The notes under the pieces were generated by a model. The model ran no database searches. It worked only from the letters and a program-made list of their open reading frames with translations, and was not told where the DNA came from. Position numbers and translations under genes: made by a program. From IMG/VR virus record IMGVR_UViG_644736362_000006: a DNA stretch of 42,891 nucleotides. One strand, written 5' to 3'. This DNA comes from a virus. Its lineage: Duplodnaviria; Heunggongvirae; Uroviricota; Caudoviricetes. Positions 20,523-33,114 of this stretch are shown piece by piece. How positions within the stretch are numbered: the first letter of the stretch is position 1; every line of letters starts with the position of its first letter.

Positions 20523-20816
20523 TTATTGTGAGCAATACACACGCGCTTCCAGCGGAGTATAAATGCCTAAAGTAATAAAACCGAGCAATCCATTTACGAA
20601 TGTTTGCTGGGTTTCTGTTTTAACAACATTTTCTGCGCCGCCACAAATTTTGGCTGCATCGACAGTTTTCTTCTGCCCAATTCCAGAAACGAAGAAATGA
20701 TGGGTGATGGTTTCCTTTGGTGCTACTGCTGCCGGTTTGTTTTGAACAGTAAACGTCTGTTGAGCACATCCTGTAATAAGCAGGGCCAGCGCAGTAGCGA
20801 GTAGCATTTTTTTCAT
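20523..20816 (-). CDS. bor: Lambda Bor lipoprotein (serum-resistance lysogenic-conversion gene), 97 aa
   Basis: ORF MKKMLLATALALLITGCAQQTFTVQNKPAAVAPKETITHHFFVSGIGQKKTVDAAKICGGAENVVKTETQQTFVNGLLGFITLGIYTPLEARVYCSQ. Confidence 0.95.
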   Translation of the reverse strand: MKKMLLATALALLITGCAQQTFTVQNKPAAVAPKETITHHFFVSGIGQKKTVDAAKICGGAENVVKTETQQTFVNGLLGFITLGIYTPLEARVYCSQ

Positions 20817-21105
20817 GGTGTTATTCCCGATGCTTTTTGAAGTTCGCAGAATCGTATGTGTAGAAAATTAAACAAACCCTAAACAATGAGTTGAAATTTC
20901 ATATTGTTAATATTTATTAATGTATGTCAGGTGCGATGAATCGTCATTGTATTCCCGGATTAACTATGTCCACAGCCCTGACGGGGAACTTCTCTGCGGG
21001 AGTGTCCGGGAATAATTAAAACGATGCACACAGGGTTTAGCGCGTACATGTATTGTATTATGCCAACACCCCGGTGCTGACACGGAAGAAACCGGACGTT
21101 ATGAT

Positions 21106-21639
21106 TTAGCGTGGAAAGATTTGTGTAGTGTTCTGAATGCTCTCAGTAAATAGTAATGAATTATCAAAGGTATAGTAATATCTTTTATGTTCGTGGATAT
21201 TTGTAATCCATCGGAAAACTCCTGCTTTAGCAAGATTTTCCCTGTATTGCTGAAATGTGATTTCTCTTGATTTCAACCTATCATAGGACGTTTCTATAAG
21301 ATGCGTATTTCTTGAGAATTTAACATTTACAACCTTTTTAAGTCCTTTTATTAACACGGTGTTATCGTTTTCTAACACAATGTGAATATTATCTGTGGCT
21401 AGATAGTAAATATAATGTGAGACATTGTGACGTTTTAGTTCAGAATAAAACAATTCACAGTTTAAATCTTTTCGCACTTGATCGAATATTTCTTTAAAAA
21501 TGGCAACCTGAGCCATTGGTAAAACCTTCCATGTGATACGAGGGCGCGTAGTTTGCATTATCGTTTTTATCGCTTCAATCTGGTCTGACCTCTTTGTGTT
21601 TTGTTGATGATTTATGTCAAATATTAGGAATGTTTTCAA
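21106..21639 (-). CDS. Lambda right-end hypothetical protein (lambdap78-like), 177 aa
   Basis: AT-rich ORF in the expected position between bor and cos. Confidence 0.7.
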   Translation of the reverse strand: MKTFLIFDINHQQNTKRSDQIEAIKTIMQTTRPRITWKVLPMAQVAIFKEIFDQVRKDLNCELFYSELKRHNVSHYIYYLATDNIHIVLENDNTVLIKGLKKVVNVKFSRNTHLIETSYDRLKSREITFQQYRENLAKAGVFRWITNIHEHKRYYYTFDNSLLFTESIQNTTQIFPR

Positions 21640-21801
21640 TTAATAGTATTGGTTGCGTAACAAAGTGCGGTCCTGCTGGCATTCTGGAGGGAAATACAAC
21701 CGACAGATGTATGTAAGGCCAACGTGCTCAAACCTTCATACAGAAAGATTTGAAGTAATATTTTAACCGCTAGATGAAGAGCAAGCGCATGGAGCGACAA
21801 A

Positions 21802-22008
21802 ATGAATAAAGAACAATCTGCTGATGATCCCTCCGTGGATCTGATTCGTGTAAAAAATATGCTTAATAGCACCATTTCTATGAGTTACCCTGATGTTGTA
21901 ATTGCATGTATAGAACATAAGGTGTCTCTGGAAGCATTCAGGGCAATTGAGGCAGCGTTGGTGAAGCACGATAATAATATGAAGGATTATTCCCTGGTGG
22001 TTGACTGA
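21802..22008 (+). CDS. Lambda right-end hypothetical protein (lambdap79-like), 68 aa
   Basis: Small ORF in the expected position upstream of cos. Confidence 0.6.
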
Positions 22009-22529
22009 TCACCATAACTGCTAATCATTCAAACTACTTAACCTGTGACAGAGCCAACACGCAGTCTGTCACTGTCAGGAAAGTGGTAAAACTGCAACTC
22101 AATTACTGCAATGCCCTCGTAATTAAGTGAATTTACAATATCGTCCTGTTCGGAGGGAAGAACGCGGGATGTTCATTCTTCATCACTTTTAATTGATGTA
22201 TATGCTCTCTTTTCTGACGTTAGCCTCCGACGGCAGGCTTCAATGACCCAGGCTGAGAAATTCCCGGACCCTTTTTGCTCAAGAGCGATGTTAATTTGTT
22301 CAATCATTTGGTTAGGAAAGCGGATGTTGCGGGTTGTTGTTCTGCGGGTTCTGTTCTTAGTTGACATGAGGTTGCCCCGTATTCAGTGTCGCTGATTTGT
22401 ATTGTCTGAAGTTGTTTTTACGTTAAGTTGATGCAGATCAATTAATACGATACCTGCGTCATAATTGATTATTTGACGTGGTTTGATGGCGTAGATGCAC
22501 GTTGTGACATGTAGATGATAATTATTATC

Positions 22530-22750
22530 ATTTTGTGGGTCCTTTCCGGCGATCCGACAGGTTACGGGGCGGCGACCTCGCGGGTTTTCGCTATTTATGA
22601 AAATTTTCCGGTTTAAGGTGTTTCCGTTCTTCTTCGTCATAACTTAATGTTTTTATTTAAAATACCCTCTGAAAAGAAAGGAAACGACAGGTGCTGAAAG
22701 CGAGCTTTTTGGCCTCTGTCGTTTCCTTTCTCTGTTTTTGTCCGTGGAAT
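22530..22750. other. Joined cos site: cosQ, cosN (12-nt cohesive-end sequence gggcggcgacct at 22567-22578) and cosB
   Basis: Lambda right-end sequence ...gatccgacaggttacg is directly followed by left-end gggcggcgacctcgcgggttttcgctatttatgaaaattttccgg. Confidence 0.95.
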
Positions 22751-22755
22751 GAACA

Positions 22756-23275
22756 ATGGAAGTCAACAAAAAGCAGCTGGCTGACATTTTCGGTGCGAGT
22801 ATCCGTACCATTCAGAACTGGCAGGAACAGGGAATGCCCGTTCTGCGAGGCGGTGGCAAGGGTAATGAGGTGCTTTATGACTCTGCCGCCGTCATAAAAT
22901 GGTATGCCGAAAGGGATGCTGAAATTGAGAACGAAAAGCTGCGCCGGGAGGTTGAAGAACTGCGGCAGGCCAGCGAGGCAGATCTCCAGCCAGGAACTAT
23001 TGAGTACGAACGCCATCGACTTACGCGTGCGCAGGCCGACGCACAGGAACTGAAGAATGCCAGAGACTCCGCTGAAGTGGTGGAAACCGCATTCTGTACT
23101 TTCGTGCTGTCGCGGATCGCAGGTGAAATTGCCAGTATTCTCGACGGGCTCCCCCTGTCGGTGCAGCGGCGTTTTCCGGAACTGGAAAACCGACATGTTG
23201 ATTTCCTGAAACGGGATATCATCAAAGCCATGAACAAAGCAGCCGCGCTGGATGAACTGATACCGGGGTTGCTGA

Positions 23276-23301
<26 letters not shown>
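22756..23301 (+). CDS. Nu1: Lambda terminase small subunit Nu1, 181 aa
   Basis: ORF MEVNKKQLADIFGASIRTIQNWQEQGMPVLRGGGKGNEVLYDSAAVIKWYAERDAEIENEKLRREVEEL... Confidence 0.97.
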
Positions 23302-26982
<3,681 letters not shown>

Positions 26983-27002
<20 letters not shown>

Positions 27003-28302
27003 TCTCCCGCATATTGCCAGCATGGCCTTTAATGAGCCGCTGATGCTTGAACCCGCCTATGCGCGGGTTTTCTTTTGTGCGCTTGCAGGCCAGCTTGGGA
27101 TCAGCAGCCTGACGGATGCGGTGTCCGGCGACAGCCTGACTGCCCAGGAGGCACTCGCGACGCTGGCATTATCCGGTGATGATGACGGACCACGACAGGC
27201 CCGCAGTTATCAGGTCATGAACGGCATCGCCGTGCTGCCGGTGTCCGGCACGCTGGTCAGCCGGACGCGGGCGCTGCAGCCGTACTCGGGGATGACCGGT
27301 TACAACGGCATTATCGCCCGTCTGCAACAGGCTGCCAGCGATCCGATGGTGGACGGCATTCTGCTCGATATGGACACGCCCGGCGGGATGGTGGCGGGGG
27401 CATTTGACTGCGCTGACATCATCGCCCGTGTGCGTGACATAAAACCGGTATGGGCGCTTGCCAACGACATGAACTGCAGTGCAGGTCAGTTGCTTGCCAG
27501 TGCCGCCTCCCGGCGTCTGGTCACGCAGACCGCCCGGACAGGCTCCATCGGCGTCATGATGGCTCACAGTAATTACGGTGCTGCGCTGGAGAAACAGGGT
27601 GTGGAAATCACGCTGATTTACAGCGGCAGCCATAAGGTGGATGGCAACCCCTACAGCCATCTTCCGGATGACGTCCGGGAGACACTGCAGTCCCGGATGG
27701 ACGCAACCCGCCAGATGTTTGCGCAGAAGGTGTCGGCATATACCGGCCTGTCCGTGCAGGTTGTGCTGGATACCGAGGCTGCAGTGTACAGCGGTCAGGA
27801 GGCCATTGATGCCGGACTGGCTGATGAACTTGTTAACAGCACCGATGCGATCACCGTCATGCGTGATGCACTGGATGCACGTAAATCCCGTCTCTCAGGA
27901 GGGCGAATGACCAAAGAGACTCAATCAACAACTGTTTCAGCCACTGCTTCGCAGGCTGACGTTACTGACGTGGTGCCAGCGACGGAGGGCGAGAACGCCA
28001 GCGCGGCGCAGCCGGACGTGAACGCGCAGATCACCGCAGCGGTTGCGGCAGAAAACAGCCGCATTATGGGGATCCTCAACTGTGAGGAGGCTCACGGACG
28101 CGAAGAACAGGCACGCGTGCTGGCAGAAACCCCCGGTATGACCGTGAAAACGGCCCGCCGCATTCTGGCCGCAGCACCACAGAGTGCACAGGCGCGCAGT
28201 GACACTGCGCTGGATCGTCTGATGCAGGGGGCACCGGCACCGCTGGCTGCAGGTAACCCGGCATCTGATGCCGTTAACGATTTGCTGAACACACCAGTGT
28301 AA
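26983..28302 (+). CDS. C: Lambda C capsid assembly protease, 439 aa, GTG start
   Basis: From GTG at 26983: (V)TAELRNLPHIASMAFNEPLMLEPAYARVFFCALAGQLGISSLTDAVSGDSLTAQEALATLALSGDDDGPRQ... Confidence 0.92.
27697..28302 (+). CDS. Nu3: Lambda Nu3 scaffold protein, in-frame internal start within C
   Basis: ATG at 27697 in the C frame (MDATRQMFAQKVSAYTGLSVQ...) sharing the C stop codon. Confidence 0.8.
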   Translation: MDATRQMFAQKVSAYTGLSVQVVLDTEAAVYSGQEAIDAGLADELVNSTDAITVMRDALDARKSRLSGGRMTKETQSTTVSATASQADVTDVVPATEGENASAAQPDVNAQITAAVAAENSRIMGILNCEEAHGREEQARVLAETPGMTVKTARRILAAAPQSAQARSDTALDRLMQGAPAPLAAGNPASDAVNDLLNTPV

Positions 28303-28311
28303 GGGATGTTT

Positions 28312-28644
28312 ATGACGAGCAAAGAAACCTTTACCCATTACCAGCCGCAGGGCAACAGTGACCCGGCTCATACCGCAACCGCGCCCGGCGGATTGAGTGC
28401 GAAAGCGCCTGCAATGACCCCGCTGATGCTGGACACCTCCAGCCGTAAGCTGGTTGCGTGGGATGGCACCACCGACGGTGCTGCCGTTGGCATTCTTGCG
28501 GTTGCTGCTGACCAGACCAGCACCACGCTGACGTTCTACAAGTCCGGCACGTTCCGTTATGAGGATGTGCTCTGGCCGGAGGCTGCCAGCGACGAGACGA
28601 AAAAACGGACCGCGTTTGCCGGAACGGCAATCAGCATCGTTTAA
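28312..28644 (+). CDS. D: Lambda D head decoration protein, 110 aa
   Basis: Internal Met gives [110 protein letters not shown]. Confidence 0.95.
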
Positions 28645-28699
28645 CTTTACCCTTCATCACTAAAGGCCGCCTGTGCGGCTTTTTTTACGGGATTTTTTT

Positions 28700-29725
28700 A
28701 TGTCGATGTACACAACCGCCCAACTGCTGGCGGCAAATGAGCAGAAATTTAAGTTTGATCCGCTGTTTCTGCGTCTCTTTTTCCGTGAGAGCTATCCCTT
28801 CACCACGGAGAAAGTCTATCTCTCACAAATTCCGGGACTGGTAAACATGGCGCTGTACGTTTCGCCGATTGTTTCCGGTGAGGTTATCCGTTCCCGTGGC
28901 GGCTCCACCTCTGAATTTACGCCGGGATATGTCAAGCCGAAGCATGAAGTGAATCCGCAGATGACCCTGCGTCGCCTGCCGGATGAAGATCCGCAGAATC
29001 TGGCGGACCCGGCTTACCGCCGCCGTCGCATCATCATGCAGAACATGCGTGACGAAGAGCTGGCCATTGCTCAGGTCGAAGAGATGCAGGCAGTTTCTGC
29101 CGTGCTTAAGGGCAAATACACCATGACCGGTGAAGCCTTCGATCCGGTTGAGGTGGATATGGGCCGCAGTGAGGAGAATAACATCACGCAGTCCGGCGGC
29201 ACGGAGTGGAGCAAGCGTGACAAGTCCACGTATGACCCGACCGACGATATCGAAGCCTACGCGCTGAACGCCAGCGGTGTGGTGAATATCATCGTGTTCG
29301 ATCCGAAAGGCTGGGCGCTGTTCCGTTCCTTCAAAGCCGTCAAGGAGAAGCTGGATACCCGTCGTGGCTCTAATTCCGAGCTGGAGACAGCGGTGAAAGA
29401 CCTGGGCAAAGCGGTGTCCTATAAGGGGATGTATGGCGATGTGGCCATCGTCGTGTATTCCGGACAGTACGTGGAAAACGGCGTCAAAAAGAACTTCCTG
29501 CCGGACAACACGATGGTGCTGGGGAACACTCAGGCACGCGGTCTGCGCACCTATGGCTGCATTCAGGATGCGGACGCACAGCGCGAAGGCATTAACGCCT
29601 CTGCCCGTTACCCGAAAAACTGGGTGACCACCGGCGATCCGGCGCGTGAGTTCACCATGATTCAGTCAGCACCGCTGATGCTGCTGGCTGACCCTGATGA
29701 GTTCGTGTCCGTACAACTGGCGTAA
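28700..29725 (+). CDS. E: Lambda E major capsid protein, 341 aa
   Basis: Internal Met gives MSMYTTAQLLAANEQKFKFDPLFLRLFFRESYPFTTEKVYLSQIPGLVNMALYVSPIVSGEVIRSRGGSTSEFTPGYV... Confidence 0.97.
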   Translation: MSMYTTAQLLAANEQKFKFDPLFLRLFFRESYPFTTEKVYLSQIPGLVNMALYVSPIVSGEVIRSRGGSTSEFTPGYVKPKHEVNPQMTLRRLPDEDPQNLADPAYRRRRIIMQNMRDEELAIAQVEEMQAVSAVLKGKYTMTGEAFDPVEVDMGRSEENNITQSGGTEWSKRDKSTYDPTDDIEAYALNASGVVNIIVFDPKGWALFRSFKAVKEKLDTRRGSNSELETAVKDLGKAVSYKGMYGDVAIVVYSGQYVENGVKKNFLPDNTMVLGNTQARGLRTYGCIQDADAQREGINASARYPKNWVTTGDPAREFTMIQSAPLMLLADPDEFVSVQLA

Positions 29726-29766
29726 TCATGGCCCTTCGGGGCCATTGTTTCTCTGTGGAGGAGTCC

Positions 29767-30165
29767 ATGACGAAAGATGAACTGATTGCCCGTCTCCGCT
29801 CGCTGGGTGAACAACTGAACCGTGATGTCAGCCTGACGGGGACGAAAGAAGAACTGGCGCTCCGTGTGGCAGAGCTGAAAGAGGAGCTTGATGACACGGA
29901 TGAAACTGCCGGTCAGGACACCCCTCTCAGCCGGGAAAATGTGCTGACCGGACATGAAAATGAGGTGGGATCAGCGCAGCCGGATACCGTGATTCTGGAT
30001 ACGTCTGAACTGGTCACGGTCGTGGCACTGGTGAAGCTGCATACTGATGCACTTCACGCCACGCGGGATGAACCTGTGGCATTTGTGCTGCCGGGAACGG
30101 CGTTTCGTGTCTCTGCCGGTGTGGCAGCCGAAATGACAGAGCGCGGCCTGGCCAGAATGCAATAA
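29767..30165 (+). CDS. FI: Lambda FI DNA-packaging protein, 132 aa
   Basis: Internal Met gives MTKDELIARLRSLGEQLNRDVSLTGTKEELALRVAELKEELDDTDETAGQDTPLSRENVLTGHENEVGSAQPDTVILDTSELVTVVALVKLH... Confidence 0.92.
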   Translation: MTKDELIARLRSLGEQLNRDVSLTGTKEELALRVAELKEELDDTDETAGQDTPLSRENVLTGHENEVGSAQPDTVILDTSELVTVVALVKLHTDALHATRDEPVAFVLPGTAFRVSAGVAAEMTERGLARMQ

Positions 30166-30176
30166 CGGGAGGCGCT

Positions 30177-30530
30177 GTGGCTGATTTCGATAACCTGTTC
30201 GATGCTGCCATTGCCCGCGCCGATGAAACGATACGCGGGTACATGGGAACGTCAGCCACCATTACATCCGGTGAGCAGTCAGGTGCGGTGATACGTGGTG
30301 TTTTTGATGACCCTGAAAATATCAGCTATGCCGGACAGGGCGTGCGCGTTGAAGGCTCCAGCCCGTCCCTGTTTGTCCGGACTGATGAGGTGCGGCAGCT
30401 GCGGCGTGGAGACACGCTGACCATCGGTGAGGAAAATTTCTGGGTAGATCGGGTTTCGCCGGATGATGGCGGAAGTTGTCATCTCTGGCTTGGACGGGGC
30501 GTACCGCCTGCCGTTAACCGTCGCCGCTGA
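30177..30530 (+). CDS. FII: Lambda FII head-tail connector, 117 aa
   Basis: ORF MADFDNLFDAAIARADETIRGYMGTSATITSGEQSGAVIRGVFDDPENISYAGQGVRVEGSSPSLFVRTDEVRQLRRGDTLTIGEENFWV... Confidence 0.95.
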   Translation: MADFDNLFDAAIARADETIRGYMGTSATITSGEQSGAVIRGVFDDPENISYAGQGVRVEGSSPSLFVRTDEVRQLRRGDTLTIGEENFWVDRVSPDDGGSCHLWLGRGVPPAVNRRR

Positions 30531-30541
30531 AAGGGGGATGT

Positions 30542-31120
30542 ATGGCCATAAAAGGTCTTGAGCAGGCCGTTGAAAACCTCAGCCGTATCAGCAAAACGGC
30601 GGTGCCTGGTGCCGCCGCAATGGCCATTAACCGCGTTGCTTCATCCGCGATATCGCAGTCGGCGTCACAGGTTGCCCGTGAGACAAAGGTACGCCGGAAA
30701 CTGGTAAAGGAAAGGGCCAGGCTGAAAAGGGCCACGGTCAAAAATCCGCAGGCCAGAATCAAAGTTAACCGGGGGGATTTGCCCGTAATCAAGCTGGGTA
30801 ATGCGCGGGTTGTCCTTTCGCGCCGCAGGCGTCGTAAAAAGGGGCAGCGTTCATCCCTGAAAGGTGGCGGCAGCGTGCTTGTGGTGGGTAACCGTCGTAT
30901 TCCCGGCGCGTTTATTCAGCAACTGAAAAATGGCCGGTGGCATGTCATGCAGCGTGTGGCTGGGAAAAACCGTTACCCCATTGATGTGGTGAAAATCCCG
31001 ATGGCGGTGCCGCTGACCACGGCGTTTAAACAAAATATTGAGCGGATACGGCGTGAACGTCTTCCGAAAGAGCTGGGCTATGCGCTGCAGCATCAACTGA
31101 GGATGGTAATAAAGCGATGA
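30542..31120 (+). CDS. Z: Lambda Z tail completion protein, 192 aa
   Basis: ORF MAIKGLEQAVENLSRISKTAVPGAAAMAINRVASSAISQSASQVARETKVRRKLVKERARLKRATVKNPQARIKVNRGDLPVIKLG... Confidence 0.95.
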   Translation: MAIKGLEQAVENLSRISKTAVPGAAAMAINRVASSAISQSASQVARETKVRRKLVKERARLKRATVKNPQARIKVNRGDLPVIKLGNARVVLSRRRRRKKGQRSSLKGGGSVLVVGNRRIPGAFIQQLKNGRWHVMQRVAGKNRYPIDVVKIPMAVPLTTAFKQNIERIRRERLPKELGYALQHQLRMVIKR

Positions 31121-31512
31121 AACATACTGAACTCCGTGCAGCCGTACTGGATGCACTGGAGAAGCATGACACCGGGGCGACGTTTTTTGATGGTCGCCCC
31201 GCTGTTTTTGATGAGGCGGATTTTCCGGCAGTTGCCGTTTATCTCACCGGCGCTGAATACACGGGCGAAGAGCTGGACAGCGATACCTGGCAGGCGGAGC
31301 TGCATATCGAAGTTTTCCTGCCTGCTCAGGTGCCGGATTCAGAGCTGGATGCGTGGATGGAGTCCCGGATTTATCCGGTGATGAGCGATATCCCGGCACT
31401 GTCAGATTTGATCACCAGTATGGTGGCCAGCGGCTATGACTACCGGCGCGACGATGATGCGGGCTTGTGGAGTTCAGCCGATCTGACTTATGTCATTACC
31501 TATGAAATGTGA
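31117..31512 (+). CDS. U: Lambda U tail terminator, 131 aa
   Basis: [94 protein letters not shown]... Confidence 0.95.
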
Positions 31513-31519
31513 GGACGCT

Positions 31520-32260
31520 ATGCCTGTACCAAATCCTACAATGCCGGTGAAAGGTGCCGGGACCACCCTGTGGGTTTATAAGGGGAGCGGTGACCCTTAC
31601 GCGAATCCGCTTTCAGACGTTGACTGGTCGCGTCTGGCAAAAGTTAAAGACCTGACGCCCGGCGAACTGACCGCTGAGTCCTATGACGACAGCTATCTCG
31701 ATGATGAAGATGCAGACTGGACTGCGACCGGGCAGGGGCAGAAATCTGCCGGAGATACCAGCTTCACGCTGGCGTGGATGCCCGGAGAGCAGGGGCAGCA
31801 GGCGCTGCTGGCGTGGTTTAATGAAGGCGATACCCGTGCCTATAAAATCCGCTTCCCGAACGGCACGGTCGATGTGTTCCGTGGCTGGGTCAGCAGTATC
31901 GGTAAGGCGGTGACGGCGAAGGAAGTGATCACCCGCACGGTGAAAGTCACCAATGTGGGACGTCCGTCGATGGCAGAAGATCGCAGCACGGTAACAGCGG
32001 CAACCGGCATGACCGTGACGCCTGCCAGCACCTCGGTGGTGAAAGGGCAGAGCACCACGCTGACCGTGGCCTTCCAGCCGGAGGGCGTAACCGACAAGAG
32101 CTTTCGTGCGGTGTCTGCGGATAAAACAAAAGCCACCGTGTCGGTCAGTGGTATGACCATCACCGTGAACGGCGTTGCTGCAGGCAAGGTCAACATTCCG
32201 GTTGTATCCGGTAATGGTGAGTTTGCTGCGGTTGCAGAAATTACCGTCACCGCCAGTTAA
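31520..32260 (+). CDS. V: Lambda V major tail tube protein, 246 aa
   Basis: Internal Met gives [89 protein letters not shown]... Confidence 0.95.
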
Positions 32261-32275
32261 TCCGGAGAGTCAGCG

Positions 32276-32698
32276 ATGTTCCTGAAAACCGAATCATTTG
32301 AACATAACGGTGTGACCGTCACGCTTTCTGAACTGTCAGCCCTGCAGCGCATTGAGCATCTCGCCCTGATGAAACGGCAGGCAGAACAGGCGGAGTCAGA
32401 CAGCAACCGGAAGTTTACTGTGGAAGACGCCATCAGAACCGGCGCGTTTCTGGTGGCGATGTCCCTGTGGCATAACCATCCGCAGAAGACGCAGATGCCG
32501 TCCATGAATGAAGCCGTTAAACAGATTGAGCAGGAAGTGCTTACCACCTGGCCCACGGAGGCAATTTCTCATGCTGAAAACGTGGTGTACCGACTGTCTG
32601 GTATGTATGAGTTTGTGGTGAATAATGCCCCTGAACAGACAGAGGACGCCGGGCCCGCAGAGCCTGTTTCTGCGGGAAAGTGTTCGACGGTGAGCTGA
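32276..32698 (+). CDS. G: Lambda G tail assembly chaperone, 140 aa
   Basis: ORF MFLKTESFEHNGVTVTLSELSALQRIEHLALMKRQAEQAESDSNRKFTVEDAIRTGAFLVAMSLWHNHPQKTQMPSMNEAVKQIEQEV... Confidence 0.95.
   Translation: MFLKTESFEHNGVTVTLSELSALQRIEHLALMKRQAEQAESDSNRKFTVEDAIRTGAFLVAMSLWHNHPQKTQMPSMNEAVKQIEQEVLTTWPTEAISHAENVVYRLSGMYEFVVNNAPEQTEDAGPAEPVSAGKCSTVS
32674..32680 (+). promoter_or_regulatory. GGGAAAG slippery heptamer for the programmed -1 frameshift producing the G-T fusion
   Basis: gggaaag at 32674-32680 near the 3' end of G, with T open in the -1 frame from 32680. Confidence 0.85.
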
Positions 32699-33114
32699 GT
32701 TTTGCCCTGAAACTGGCGCGTGAGATGGGGCGACCCGACTGGCGTGCCATGCTTGCCGGGATGTCATCCACGGAGTATGCCGACTGGCACCGCTTTTACA
32801 ATACCCATTATTTTCATGATGTTCTGCTGGATATGCACTTTTCCGGGCTGACGTACACCGTGCTCAGCCTGTTTTTCAGCGATCCGGATATGCATCCGCT
32901 GGATTTCAGTCTGCTGAACCGGCGCGAGGCTGACGAAGAGCCTGAAGATGATGTGCTGATGCAGAAAGCGGCAGGGCTTGCCGGAGGTGTCCGCTTTGGC
33001 CCGGACGGGAATGAAGTTATCCCCGCTTCCCCGGATGTGGCGGACATGACGGAGGATGACGTAATGCTGATGACAGTATCAGAAGGGATCGCAGGAGGAG
33101 TCCGGTATGGCTGA
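32680..33114 (+). CDS. T: Lambda T (expressed only as the G-T frameshift fusion), 144 codons
   Basis: ORF MFDGELSFALKLAREMGRPDWRAMLAGMSSTEYADWHRFYNTHYFHDVLLDMHFSGLTYTVLSLFFSDPDMHPLDFSLLNRREADEEPEDD... Confidence 0.9.
   Translation: MFDGELSFALKLAREMGRPDWRAMLAGMSSTEYADWHRFYNTHYFHDVLLDMHFSGLTYTVLSLFFSDPDMHPLDFSLLNRREADEEPEDDVLMQKAAGLAGGVRFGPDGNEVIPASPDVADMTEDDVMLMTVSEGIAGGVRYG

Noticed and set aside
22690-22705. Apparent single-base differences from the GenBank lambda reference in the cos-Nu1 leader (gcgagc here versus remembered gcgaggc) and upstream of K
   Set aside because: From memory these correspond to known errors in the original reference sequence rather than mutations in this DNA; I cannot confirm without alignment, so they are not reported as anomalies.
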